Below are positions 1-13,905 of a DNA stretch of 64,000 nt, one piece after another. Within the stretch, counting starts at the first letter, position 1, and each line of letters opens with the position of its first letter. Source of the stretch: Eledone cirrhosa (taxonomy: Eukaryota); NCBI GenBank assembly GCA_964016885.1, contig OZ024757.1, positions 36,208,001 to 36,272,000 on the forward strand, written 5' to 3'. The position numbers were made by a program, and so were the translations under genes. Below the pieces are notes generated by a model. That model had not been told where the DNA came from. It worked only from the letters and a program-made list of their open reading frames with translations, and did not search any database.

Positions 1-500
1 TATGTATGTATATGTATGTATGTATATATGTGTATGTATGTATGTATATATATATGTATGTATGTATATATATATGTATATGTATGTATGTATATATGTG
101 TATGTATGTATATATGTATATGTATGTATGTATATATGTATATGTATATGTATGTATGTATATATGTATGTATATATGTATATATATATATGTATGTATA
201 TGTATATATGTATATATACATATATGTATATATACATATGTATATGTATGTATATATATATATATATGTATATATGTATATATACATATATGTATATATA
301 TATATGTATATATACATATATGTATATGTATATATATATATGTATGTATATATATATGTATATATATATATGTATGTATATATATATGTATATATATATA
401 TATATGTATGTATATATATATATGTATGTATATATATATATGTATGTATATATATATATGTATGTATATATATATATGTATGTATATATATATATGTATG

Positions 501-591
<91 letters not shown>

Positions 592-654
592 GTATGTATA
601 TATATATATATATGTATATATATATGTATATATATATATATGCATGTATATGTA

Positions 655-707
<53 letters not shown>

Positions 708-730
708 ATATATATATATATGTTTGTGTA

Positions 731-780
<50 letters not shown>

Positions 781-900
781 TGTGTGTGTGTGTATATATA
801 TATATATATGTATGTATATGTATGTGTGTATATATATATATGTATGTATATGTATGTGTGTGTATATATATATATGTATGTATATGTATGTGTGTGTATA
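1..900. repeat. Compound (TA)n/(TATG)n/(TG)n microsatellite
   Basis: Directly visible; source of the spurious 300-aa Y/I/V/M/C ORFs. Confidence 0.98.
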
Positions 901-1600
901 TCATCATCACCGTTTTACGTCCGTTCTTCCACGCTAGCATGGGTTAGACGGGTTGTCCTGTTGTGGGCAGTGTCTGGTCGGCTGACCATGCCTTGCTCAT
1001 ACAGGAACTGATTTGGCTTGATTTCTACAGCTGGATGCCCTTCCTAACACCAACCTCATTTACAGTGAGTGCTGGGTGCTTTTTCGTGGCGCCTACACGT
1101 CCACTTTACAGTGTGGGCTGGGTGCTTTTTTGCCATGGCACCCCCACGACCACCTTGCGGTGGGGGGGTATGGGGGCATATTGTCTATATGCTACAGCTT
1201 GTACCCATGGGAGGTCGGGTACTCTGTATTACTGCGTGACGCCAGAGGTGACGATCGTGTGTCATTGTCTTTGAGAGGTGTAATTGGGTAAGGTCGGCTT
1301 TTATCACCTCATCCCAGGTCATCTTGGGTCTCCCCACTCCGCGGTTTCCATCAACTTCTAGTGCTCTGCACCTTTTTATGCAGCTGTCATCCTTCATACG
1401 CATCACATCTCCATACCAGCGCAACCGCCTCCCCTGCACACAGCATTTGATTCCTCTTATGCTCAGTCTCTCTCTCAATTCATTTATGCTTTGTCGTTCA
1501 CGTATATTACTGTTACACATCCATCGGAGCATGCAGGCTTCGTTTCTCTCTAATCTACGTAAGTGCGAGGTCATCAGCATACAGGAGTTCCCATGGGCAT
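901..1600 (-). mobile_element. RTE-clade LINE 3' fragment (internally deleted RT C-terminus, 3'UTR and (ATG)n tail)
   Basis: Minus strand gives CPWELLYADDLAL (YADD motif), then RRLERNEACMLRWMC...RRLRWYGDVMRM...GRPKMTWDEVIKADL; ends in GATGATGA. Confidence 0.85.
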
Positions 1601-1809
1601 CTATATATATATATGTATGTATATGTGTGTGTGTATGTATATGTATATGTATATGTGTGTGTGTGTATATATATATATGTATGTATATGTGTGTGTGTGT
1701 ATATGTATATGTGTGTGTGTGTATATATATATGTGTATGTATATGTATATGTGTGTGTGTGTATATATATATGTGTATGTATATGTATGTGTGTGTATAT
1801 AAATATACA

Positions 1810-1968
1810 TATGGACATGTGATGCGTATAAAGAATGACAGCTGCATAAAAAGGTGCAGAGCACTAGAAGTCGCTGGAAGCTGCGGAGTGGGAAGACCCA
1901 AGATGACCTGGGATGAGGTGATAAAGGCCGACCTTACCCAATTGCACCTCTCAAGAGCAATGACACTG
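1810..1968 (+). mobile_element. RTE LINE fragment, inverted relative to about 1258-1415
   Basis: YGHVMRIKNDSCIKRCRALEV...GRPKMTWDEVIKADL; a near reverse complement of the adjacent copy. Confidence 0.85.
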
Positions 1969-2156
1969 GAAGCAACCCACTGACCATCAGGGCGTGAGTT
2001 GTCACTCACCCCGAGTCCCATCAGCAAAATTACTGCTGTGTGTTCCTAAACTCACTCCCACACGCACATGCAAAGACACGTATATATTTGTGTGTGTATA
2101 TATATACATACATACATACATGTTTACTGTAACCACACAGCTCGCTTCGTTACTTG

Positions 2157-2201
<45 letters not shown>

Positions 2202-2511
2202 ATATATATATAATAATATATATATATATATATATTTATATATTATTTATATATATTATTATATATATATAACAATATATATATATATATATATTATTAT
2301 ATATATATAACTATATATATATATATTATTATATATATATAACAATATATATATATATATTATTATATATATATAACTATATATATATATATTATTATAT
2401 ATATATAATAATATATATATATGTTATTATATATATATAATAATATATATATATATATACTTATATATTATATATATATATTTATATTATTTATATATAT
2501 ATATATATATT

Positions 2512-2553
<42 letters not shown>

Positions 2554-2577
2554 ATATTATTTATTATATATATATAT

Positions 2578-2609
<32 letters not shown>

Positions 2610-2685
2610 ATATATTTATTTATATATATATATTATATATATATATATTTATATATATATATTTTATTATATATATATATATTAT

Positions 2686-2716
<31 letters not shown>

Positions 2717-2747
2717 ATTATTATATATATATATATATATATTTATA

Positions 2748-3033
2748 TCATCATCATCATCACCGTTCTACGTCCGTTCTTCCACGCTAACATGGGTTAG
2801 ACGGGTTGTCCTGTTGTGGGCAGTGTCTGGTCGGCTGACCATGCCTTGCTCATACAGGAACTGATTTGGCTTGATTTCTACAGTTGGATGCCCTTCCTAA
2901 CACCAACCTAATTTACAGTGAGTGTTGGGTGCTTTTTCGTGGCGCCTACACGTCCACTTTACAGTGTGGGCTGGGTGCTTTTTTGCCCATGGAAGAATGT
3001 GGAAGAACGGACGTAAAACGGTGATGATGATGA
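2748..3033 (-). mobile_element. SINE/RTE 3' tail copy with a short inverted duplicate of its own tail at about 2998-3033
   Basis: Nearly identical to 901-1140; gtggaagaacggacgtaaaacggtgatgatg is the reverse complement of its start. Confidence 0.8.
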
Positions 3034-3255
3034 TTTATATATATTTATATATATATATATATATATATATGTAAGAGTTCTATTTAAATTGTTGGGATAC
3101 AACAAGCAAATATTTTTATAACTGATATAAAGCACTCAACAAATATTTTGAGTAAAAATACGATATTAACAAATGGAAACTATATTTATAAAATCATATT
3201 TATTTCATTATACATATTTCAAGGACACCAAGTTAAACTATGGTGTGTTAATATC

Positions 3256-3301
<46 letters not shown>

Positions 3302-3309
3302 ATTTATAT

Positions 3310-4100
3310 ATCATCATCATCATCATCATCATCGTTTAACGTCCGTGTTCCACGCTTGCATGGGTTTGGACGGGGGTAGTCCCACTTGAGGCAAGAGTGA
3401 TTGTCTTGCTCGCATAGGACTGTCTGGCAGGTTTTCTACAGTTGGATGCCCTTCCTAACACCAACCACATTTACAGTGTGGGTCTGGGAGGTTTTTACCG
3501 TGTTGCCTTCACGGCCACATTACAGCGTGGACTGTGTGTTTTTTTGTCGTGACACCTACACGATCTCATTTGTTTCGGCCTGGATGGCGCGGCACCAACA
3601 TAACTTTACATAGAACGGGGTGGTGTGGATGGGGTGGGGGTGTATATTTATATATATTTGTATATTTATATATATATTTATATATATTTATATATATATA
3701 TTTATATTTTTATATATATATATATATATATTTATATATTTATATACATATATATGTTTATATATATTTATATATATATATTTATATATATTTTTATATA
3801 TTTATATATCATCATCATCATCGTTTAACGTCCATGTTCCACGCTTGCATGGGTTTGGACGGGAGTTTTCCCACTTGAGGCAAGAGTGGTTATCTTGCTC
3901 GCATAGGACTGTCTGGCGGGTTTTCTACAGCTGGATGCCCTTCCTAACACCAACCACATTTACAGTGTGGGGCTGGGAGGTTTTTACCGTGTTGCCTACA
4001 CGGCCACATTACAGCGTGGACTGTGTATTTTTTTGTCGTGCCATCTACACGATCTCCTTTGTTTCAGCCTGGATGTTGTGGCACCAACATAACTTTACAT
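3310..4100 (-). mobile_element. Two copies (about 3310-3620 and 3808-4100) of a second SINE/RTE-tail subfamily
   Basis: Shared (CAT)n-cgtttaacgtcc...ggatgcccttcctaacaccaaccacatttacag core; also at about 15535-15690, 15980-16510 and 25044-25266. Confidence 0.8.
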
Positions 4101-4336
4101 TGAATATATATATATATATTTATATATATTTGTATATATATATTTGTATATACATATTTATATATATATATTTAAATATATTTATATATATATTTATATA
4201 TATATTTATATATATATATTTAAATATATTTATATATATATTTATATATATATATTTATATATATATATATATATATATTTATACATATATATATTTATA
4301 TATATATATATATATATATTTATACATATATATATT

Positions 4337-4369
<33 letters not shown>

Positions 4370-4446
4370 ATATATTTATATATATTTATATATATATATA
4401 TATATTTATATATATTTATATATATATATATATATTTATATATATT

Positions 4447-4481
<35 letters not shown>

Positions 4482-4500
4482 ATTTATATATATATATATA

Positions 4501-5408
4501 AATAGATGTAACCGTAGGATCAAAGCCAACTGCTCTCTTAATGGCAATTGCTTAATTAGCAGTATAGTATATCTAAACTATAATAAAGTCAGAAGCATGG
4601 GACTGTGTACGGTTTATAATTTTTTATCCCATTAGTAAAATAAGTTGGATTACTTTGAATAAATATTGAATGAATATTACATAATTTATCTATTAAATTT
4701 TGTGGCTGTTGATTAAATATATTTTATTATTTATTTAAAGATTCACTTCTTTAAAATTTTCAAATGTCAACACTTCCTGTGGCGATCACTTAAATAAACA
4801 TATTAATTTTCTGTCACTAATTTTCTCCCAATGCAGTTTATATATAATATCGTCTATTTTTTAATCTATCATGGATTACGTTACTGATTACATAAGACAG
4901 TGTAACACAGTCTTCGTTCCATTTCTGTGTATATTGTCAATTATGATTTTATTTGATGTATCATATCTACATGTATATATATACTTGCGTATAATATCAA
5001 TATACACACTACACATGCTAGCAGAAAACCACCCTTTTTCTGCTAGTAAATGTAATGTAATTACTAGGGACAGCCCACAATCCTACATAGGTGCTACCTC
5101 TAACTCGTTCAAGAAAAGGTTCTATTCCCATATACATTCTTTTTAAAAATACTAAATTAGCTAACACCACCTCATTAGTGGGAACTATTAACAAATTTAA
5201 AGGGAAAAATATAGCATACAAGCTAAAATGGAGTGTCCTAAAGAGAATTAACTTGTACCTAGGTGAAAGAAGGGAGTACCAATTATGTTCTCAGGAACTG
5301 TTCCAAATAATGAAATCTAAGGATAAGTTACTAAATAAAAGGCAGGAATTAATTATTTCATGTAATCATAAAATGCTGAAACTTTTTAAATACTATAAAC
5401 CCACCTAA
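4501..5408 (+). pseudogene. Penelope-like element GIY-YIG endonuclease fragment, interrupted by a Helitron
   Basis: [22 protein letters not shown] (4501-4571) joins KCNVITRDSPQSYIGATSNSFKKRFYSH (5047 onward); after a frameshift, KWSVLK...LCSQE...LLNKRQELIISCNHK. Confidence 0.8.
4572..5046 (+). mobile_element. Non-autonomous Helitron (475 bp)
   Basis: Starts TC(TAAACTATAATAAAG) and ends CTAG, with a terminal hairpin CTAGCAGAAAA..TTTTCTGCTAG; inserted between A and T with no TSD. Confidence 0.8.
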
Positions 5409-5948
5409 TACTTGAAATCACTATGTTTCTTCATAACTAGTTTCTTCAAGTAAGCCAGCCATAACTGCATATAATTTATTCTTAACAGGGTAATTTACAT
5501 ATAGAATAAAGGATGGTTGACAATTAATTAAATCTGAATTAATCTGATCCTTTAAAAGCTGATATCATACTTCCTCATTTCAATAACAATATGGTCTCCC
5601 GAACTAATCGAATTAACTTACATTCTAACTAACCAAATTGACTTAACGGGAGTCATATCCTTCTATCTAAACCCTTGTGAATAATTAAAAGCAATATCCA
5701 AATCAGAAATCTTAATCCAACTTTAATTACCATGCATTAATATCTCCTAACCTGGAATAGATTTTTAGCCTTAAAATTTTTATTTATGTTACTCAATAAT
5801 TTTTCCAAAGTTTGAGTTCCAATTCACCTATAATGCCTTAGGAATTAACCCAAACAACGTATACATTTAGCACAGAATACTTCCTATATTCAAGCTCCAT
5901 TACCAATCTTAAATCAGTTAACTTAGGAAACAAATGTTTCTCATGCTA

Positions 5949-6004
<56 letters not shown>

Positions 6005-6258
6005 GCCGTCGAAATGGATTGAGCTCTGCCATCGGGGTCAAACATTTTCCTATATATATATAATTGGAAATTTAGTAAAATTGAATCTCTGGCGGTTTGC
6101 AAGCAAATTCGGCCTACTTATATGAAATGATGAGTTAGCAAAGCACTTGATAAGTTAGGTCCTTAGAGTAATAACATACGTTTAAATAGCTTGACAAATC
6201 GAACATTGTGGTAGGCAAAATCTAACACACAATAATATACCAAAGTAATGATAGAACT

Positions 6259-6309
<51 letters not shown>

Positions 6310-6479
6310 AAGAATGAAAAGTAACATGGTTGGCTGTACAACAAGGAGCTTTATTTCAGGTATTGACAATTGTTTCATTGACCAGGTGAGTCTAGAGGCC
6401 GCTAATCACTCAAAGTTGCATCACTCGATCTCCATTACATTATTTACCTCTGATCAAATCCTATTCTGAGATTACCTCA

Positions 6480-7860
6480 TTTAAAAAAAAACATATAAGA
6501 AGAACATTTAAAAAAGAAATGCTTTAAAGAGCCTTTCAAAAAAGTTATTTCAAAAGTATTTTTGAGACACACACACACACACTCTGTACTCAGGGAAGCA
6601 TGTATAAAGACGCTACACATATATACAGATGAAAAAAAAATGTAAGATCTACACATACATATGCATACACCTACACAGACATGTTCATACAAATACATAC
6701 ACACACCCGCGCGTGGGCATGCTTATACATCTCAAAAAGCACATACTTGTTGAATACCTACATATCCACACATGCAACTGTGCACATGGCACATAAAATA
6801 TTATATAAGAAAACATTCTTTTTAATTTTCAATTTTCGATTCTTGATGTTTAATTTGCAACTTTGATGTTGACTTGATGCTGGTCTTAAGGTTAATGTTG
6901 CAGTTAATTCTAACTATGCCTGCCATTGCTATATACATGCCTACAACACATGCTGGTCTTAAGGTTAATGTTGCAGTTAATTCTAACTTTGCCTGCCATT
7001 GCTATATACATGCCTACAACACAAGCTGTTGGTATATTCCACTTATGTATCCATTCCATCTGCATTTCATATATACTGTTATGAAACACATATTCTACAC
7101 ATCCACAATATATATAACTTGCTTGTGTATGCACACATGGTCCCCTGTGTCCACCTGTCATGAAATCTGTCTCCTGTGCAGGTTCTTCCCCAGTCCTTTG
7201 TATCTTATATAACCCTATGCATCACAGTCTTTAAGTATTTTATGCAACTTTATGCACATCCCAATGTCCGGGTGGCGTCAACAGATACCTCCTTTGCACC
7301 TTTTTCATGTATACATTCCTTTTTCCAGTATTTTATTTTATTTTATGTACGTGCATGCATTGATATATGTGGCCCCCATGTTATCTATGATTAGTACGTG
7401 GCTACCATTGCATTTATGCATATTGTGCATGCACTTTCAGGCTTATATGGCCCCATGAATGGGTTGGGTTCCAAGCCTCAATAATGTTGTCTCATATAAT
7501 ATTTTATGTGCCATGTGCACAGTTGCATGTGTGGATATGTATGTGCTTTTTGAGATGTATAAGCATGCCCATGTGCATGCTCATGCATGGGTACATGTAT
7601 GTGTGTACATGCATATATGCATGCATGTGTATGCATGTCTGTGTATGTGTATACATATGTATGTGTAGATCTTACATTTTTTCATCTGTATATATGTGTA
7701 GCGTCTTAAGTATATATGCTTTCCTGAGTACAGTGTGTGTAGATATGTGTATATTTATGAAAAATACTTTTGAAATAACCTTTTTGAAAGGCTCTTTCAA
7801 GCTTTCTTTTAAAGACATTCTTTTTATAGGGCCTTTTTTTTTAAATGTGTGTTTTTTAAG
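6480..7860. repeat. Large inverted repeat: arms about 6480-6810 and 7490-7860, spacer contains a short direct duplication
   Basis: For example gtgcacatggcacataaaatattatat pairs with atataatattttatgtgccatgtgcac, and gagcctttcaaaaaagttatttcaaaagtattttt pairs with aaaaatacttttgaaataacctttttgaaaggctc. Confidence 0.85.
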
Positions 7861-8576
7861 GTATTTTGAGAGTGTGTTTTTCTGAAACGTTCTTTTAAAT
7901 GTTTTTTAAAATGTTTTTCCGTTTAAAAAAAAATACTTTCTAAGTATTCGCTGCACATTCAATATTTACTGTGAGTGTCGCATATAATACAGTTGCGGGT
8001 ATGTAGGTGATTGTTGTGGGTGTGTAAGTGCCCATATGTATCACGCCTGCGCGAAACATGGACACGGGTGTGGGCGCCTAGAGGCCGGGAAGGCTGCGAT
8101 AGGGCACAAGCGATTCAATCATACAACCCTCACCTCCTACAGTAGTAATTCCGATATAAGAAACAACTTTGATTGACAGGTGGCAAATGAAAGGAACCAG
8201 ATAAATGATGGCCATGAGTGGCCAAAAATACAGATGACGTGTACAATTCTTGACCACTCAGTGACAAACAACAACAGGATTTCAGCTGGCGAGTAAAGGC
8301 CGCGGGTGTAACTGGACATTTGGGAACTGCTTTGAAGAATTGAAATGTATTTGAGGACCTTACGATTTCAGAGTCATGTTCGATCATTGCATCAATCGTG
8401 CCTCGAGCTGGTCGCCAGAGAAACGATTGTAATATGTCTAATAAATTTTATTCATCGCACCACTGATTCTCCGTTTCTTATGTGATATCATACTCTGCTC
8501 TGTAAAAGCATCGAGTGCTCAAGCAGCCTCCCGCATACGGACGCTTTAAGCATCCCACACCAATTATATATATATA

Positions 8577-8932
8577 TACTCCAGTTTACTCAGCTGTAGA
8601 AATGAGCTGATAGGACTGGGGTCCCTATCATTCCACTGCAAAGTGGTCGTGGAGGTGCCACGACAAAAAAGCACCCAGCCCACACTGCAAAGTGGTCGTG
8701 GAGGGGCCACGGCAAAAAAAGTACCCAGCCCACACTGTAAAGTGGACGTGTAGGCGCCACGGAAAAAAAGCACCCAGCACTCACTGTAAATGAGGTTAGG
8801 AAGGGCATCCAGCTGTAGAAATCAAGCCAGAAATCAGTTGCCGTATGACCAAGACAAGGTCAACCGACCGGACACTGCCCACAACAAGACAAGTCCCACC
8901 TTGCAAGTAGGGAAAAGCAGAAGTAAAATGAT
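8577..8932 (+). mobile_element. 5'-truncated tRNA-derived SINE with RTE-like tail
   Basis: Matches the body of 48942-49281 and carries an internal duplication of the ~48-bp unit. Confidence 0.8.
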
Positions 8933-9972
8933 GTTTATATATATATATATATATATAGTCAGTCAGTCTACTATGTTTTTACTATCCCATGTATGAATCA
9001 ATAGCTGTTCCTGGTTGTGTCTCTATCTCACTCTCCTCTTGTTGTTAATGATCAGTAGAGAGTTGTTAAAACCATTAGTCACTGCTGATATCATTGGATT
9101 AGCACTCTCTCTCTCTCTGTTTGAGAATTTCATGTACAAGCATAACATGTTTTTCTCTCTGAAGACAAGTATATGAGCAATTGTGTGTGTGTGTGGTGGG
9201 GGCGACTGACTTAACACATACATGGTTTCCTCCTGTAAAAATATAATGTTTTTCCGATTTCTTTTCGTCTACCTTTCTATCTTTTGATGAAAGACTAGTG
9301 TCCAAAATGTTAAGACTCTTTTCCTACTATATCAGTTATTAAACTGCCATTGTACTGTATCGTGTTTTTTTCATTGACTTTTCACATACATGTGTGTGTG
9401 TGTGTGTGTGTGTATAATGATATATGTATAATTGTAAACCAGTTCATTATTGCCTCAATCAGTCCACAAACACTCAGCAAACACCCTAAACTGAATGCCA
9501 CCTTGTACTCCTCCCAAACCAAACTGTACTAATGACTCCTGCCAACCACCCTGTACTCCTACCAAACCACCCTGTACTCATGACTCCTGCCAAGCCATCC
9601 TCCTAATCTCAACATATATAACCTGACTGCAACAGTCACCTAATGTGGAAGACAGTCATTATCAAGCTGCAGCTGTCATTTTACCTAGTTTTTATATAAT
9701 AAAGCCAAAGTTATATCTCAGATGTCTACTTTTACTTGTGGATGTTGAAGTTAAGAGAGGTATGATAATATTGAATATTAGGTGAAACAAGTGAGATATA
9801 AGATGGAAGCAGTGAGGTGGTTTGTCAGATGATCTTAGGAGAATTTGTGGAAGAAAGCGGCTTTGGTATGGATGGTAGTTTGGATTAGGTTTGAAGAAAA
9901 TGACTGTACACAATGTTGGTTGTGTAGGAGTGTTGATGGAGAGCATCTGAGAAGTCTGAAGTGCAATCGAGT

Positions 9973-10170
9973 GTGGGATTTTTCAATGTTTATGAATGAA
10001 TTTATTTGTGTATGGTCGAGTGTAGGTGGGATTTTTCAATGTTTATGAATGAATTTATTTGTGTATGGTCGAGTGTAGGTGGGATTTTTCAATGTTTATG
10101 AATGAATTTATTTGTGTATGGTCGAGTGTAGGTGGGATTTTTCAATGTTTATGAATGAATTTGTGTATGG
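9973..10170. repeat. Minisatellite, 53-bp unit, about 3.7 copies
   Basis: Unit gtgggatttttcaatgtttatgaatgaatttatttgtgtatggtcgagtgtag. Confidence 0.9.
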
Positions 10171-10731
10171 AGGAAGTATTTGAAATGTTGCCTCCATACA
10201 CCAATACATCTCCCTGTAATATTCATCACTTACTTTTTCCTGCAATGACACATTCAGATTTCTATCCTGTCACATTTCAAATATTGCCCTTATATTCAAT
10301 ATTATCATACCCCTCAGATGGGCCAGAGGCCATATCACTTACATTCCCACAATCTACTGACTACATTTAATCAAGGCACTAGCACTAGGGAGGTTATTAT
10401 GTCTTTGACACAGCTGAACAGCACTCTCAACCCTTTGTTTGGCACGACTGGATGTTCTTTTCACCAACCACTTTACAGTATGTACTCCCTGTCTCTCTGT
10501 CATATATATATATATATAAAGATTAACAAGGATTTTAATTAAATAATTTAATTGATTTACGACCATTTCATTAGACAAACCAGAATATTCCATTCCTATT
10601 AGAATAAACGCCTCTGAATCAATTAAATACAAATAATATATACCTTACATGACCATGAATTCACATTGAGCTTTCAAATGTTCTTTTGTTATATTACCAA
10701 CTTATTTAAACATGTTTATATATATATATAT

Positions 10732-10774
<43 letters not shown>

Positions 10775-10778
<4 letters not shown>

Positions 10779-11040
10779 CAGAGTTACCCGGCATTGCCCT
10801 GGAATGAATGTAGTCCTTATGTATTAAAAAAAAGCAAAACATGCAATATAGAAATTAGTTATTCTAAATTCCATTTATTCTTCAATTGATGGGAGATTCA
10901 ACGTGTACACTTAAATGTAATTCTCAGGGAGATTCAGAATGTGTTCGCTTAAATATAATTCTCAGGGAAATTCAGCATGTGAATGCTGAAATGTAATTCT
11001 CAGGGAGATTCAAGGTGTGACACATAAATGTAATTCTTAG
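10775..11040 (-). mobile_element. Helitron-like 3' terminus followed by ~38-bp subterminal repeats
   Basis: Minus strand reads ccagggcaatgccggg (GC hairpin)-taactctg-CTAG|T; gggagattca...ttaaatgtaattctca occurs 4 times at 10891-11040. Confidence 0.65.
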
Positions 11041-11193
11041 TGTATAAATATATATGTGTATACAGACACATGTATAAAACAATGTGTGTATATAACAGTT
11101 ATTGGCAAATTGTGTAAATTAATCTTTAGAAATGTGTAAGTACTGCCCCCCCCCCCCCCATATGTTGTTAATGTCTCTCTTTTCCTTCACTAG

Positions 11194-12995
11194 GACCCTG
11201 TTCCCTCCCTATTACCACCTGTCATTGTAGATATCACCACAACCAAGACCCTGATCCCTTCCTATTACCACCTGTCATTGTAGATATCACCACAACCAAG
11301 ACCCTGTTCCCTCCCTATTACCACCTGTCATTGTAGATATCACCACAACCAAGACCCTGTTCCCTTCCTATTACCACCTGTCATTGTAGATATCACCACA
11401 ACCAAGACCCTGATCCCTTCCTATTACCACCTGTCATTGTAGATATCACCACAGCCAAGACCCTGTTCCCTTCCTATTACCACCTGTCATTGTAGATATC
11501 ACCACAGCCAAGACCCTGTTCCCTCCCTATTACCACCTGTCATTGTAGATATCACCACAGCCAAGACCCTGTTCCCTTCCTATTACCACCTGTCATTGTA
11601 GATATCACCACAGCCAAGACCCTGTTCCCTCCCTATTACCACCTGTCATTGTAGATATCACCACAGCCAAGACCCTGTTCCCTCCCTATTACCACCTGTC
11701 ATTGTAGATATCACCACAGCCAAGACCCTGTTCCCTTCCTATTACCACCTGTCATTGTAGATATCACCACAGCCAAGACCCTGTTCCCTCCCTATTACCA
11801 GCTGTCATTGTAGATATCACCACAGCCAAGACCCTGTTCCCTCCCTATTACCACCTGTCATTGTAGATATCACCACAGCCAAGACCCTGTTCCCTCCCTA
11901 TTACCACCTGTCATTGTAGATATCACCACAGCCAAGACCCTGTTCCCTCCCTATTACCACCTGTCATTGTAGATATCACCACAGCCAAGACCCTGTTCCC
12001 TTCCTATTACCACCTGTCATTGTAGATATCACCACAGCCAAGACCCTGTTCCCTCCCTATTACCACCTGTCATTGTAGATATCACCACAGCCAAGACCCT
12101 GTTCCCTCCCTATTACCACCTGTCATTGTAGATATCACCACAGCCAAGACCCTGTTCCCTCCCTATTACCACCTGTCATTGTAGATATCACCACAGCCAA
12201 GACCCTGTTCCCTCCCTATTACCACCTGTCATTGTAGATATCACCACAGCCAAGACCCTGTTCCCTCCCTATTACCACCTGTCATTGTAGATATCACCAC
12301 AGCCAAGACCCTGTTCCCTTCCTATTACCACCTGTCATTGTAGATATCACCACAGCCAAGACCCTGTTCCCTCCCTATTACCACCTGTCATTGTAGATAT
12401 CACCACAGCCAAGACCCTGTTCCCTCCCTATTACCACCTGTCATTGTAGATATCACCACAGCCAAGACCCTGTTCCCTTCCTATTACCACCTGTCATTGT
12501 AGATATCACCACAGCCAAGACCCTGTTCCCTTCCTATTACCACCTGTCATTGTAGATATCACCACAGCCAAGACCCTGATCCCTTCCTATTACCACCTGT
12601 CATTGTAGATATCACCACAGCCAAGACCCTGTTCCCTTCCTATTACCAGCTGTCATTGTAGATATCACCACAGCCAAGACCCTGTTCCCTCCCTATTACC
12701 ACCTGTCATTGTAGATATCACCACAGCCAAGACCCTGTTCCCTCCCTATTACCACCTGTCATTGTAGATATCACCACAGCCAAGACCCTGTTCCCTTCCT
12801 ATTACCACCTGTCATTGTAGATATCACCACAGCCAAGACCCTGTTCCCTCCCTATTACCAGCTGTCATTGTAGATATCACCACAGCCAAGACCCTGATCC
12901 CTTCCTATTACCACCTGTCATTGTAGATATCACCACAACCAAGACCCTGTTCCCTCCCTATTACCACCTGTCATTGTAGATATCACCACAACCAA
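11194..12995. repeat. Minisatellite, 53-bp unit, about 34 highly homogeneous copies
   Basis: Unit gaccctgttccctccctattaccacctgtcattgtagatatcaccacagccaa; no spacers. Confidence 0.97.
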
Positions 12996-13119
12996 GTGTT
13001 TAATGGGGGTTACCGTTGTGTGGTATGACAGGTGTATTGATGTGTTGGTGTTCATTCATGTCCTCTTTTTGTCATGTCTGTGTGTGAAATATTCAGCCAC
13101 GTCAAACACCGTGTCTTTC

Positions 13120-13283
13120 TGAATCTCCCTGAGAATTATATTTAAGCATTCACATAGTGAATCTCCCTGAGTATTACATTTAAGCGAACACATGCTGAAT
13201 TTCCCTGAGAATTATATTTAAGCAAACACATACTGAATCTCCCTAAGAATTATATTTAAGCGAACACATGCTGAATCTCCCTT
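13120..13283. repeat. About 4 copies of a ~38-bp repeat, inverted relative to 10891-11040
   Basis: tgaatctccctgagaattatatttaagc is the reverse complement of gcttaaatataattctcagggagattca. Confidence 0.85.
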
Positions 13284-13621
13284 TGTAAAAATTAATATTT
13301 AAAAAAAATGTATTACCTCCCTTAAAGGAAGATTAAAGGAAGATTATTTTTAAAGTGAGGAAAGACTGTGCACTGAGCCAATCCCACTCTCTGAGCGACA
13401 GTAGCTATAACCTGAAAAGAAGAAAAGATCGACATCATCGGTAACTACTGAGCCGCAGGTTTTATGTCAGAATTATCCCAGATTCCTGAGTTGCCTTCTC
13501 CAAGAAGAATGCCCTGACAAAGGCTAGGGGGTCCTACACTCCCAGTGGTTTAACTGCGCGATCGGGTATCCAGCCCGATTATTTCTGTGTTCCCATGCAT
13601 ATACATACACATGCATACATG

Positions 13622-13660
<39 letters not shown>

Positions 13661-13905
13661 TTACACATTTTTGGATAACTGTTGACTCTTATGAGTTCTT
13701 CCACCCCTTGTCAGGTTTTGTTTTTTGTCCTGCAGGGTGTCCAAAATCACCCTCCTCACCAAGTAAACTTGGTGGAGTTGCCGGTTTAGTCACCGACGAC
13801 CCGACCATGCGACAAGTTGCACTGGGTCACATGTTACCAGAGTGACCCGACATAAATTATATATATATATATAAGAATATTTTCGAAACAGCGAGTGAGT
13901 TTGAA

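Noticed and set aside
2-1011. Long ORFs rich in Y/I/M/C/V (also at 3620, 55519 and 62495)
   Set aside because: Translations of TA/TG microsatellites that happen to lack stop codons.
8015-8558. Possible solo LTR (TGTGGG...CCCACA, internal AATAAA)
   Set aside because: No TSD and no second copy or internal domain in the window.
11194-12995. CRISPR-like appearance of the regular arrays (also 26662-27710 and 40140-41170)
   Set aside because: Head-to-tail units with no unique spacers, no cas genes, and a eukaryotic intronic context.
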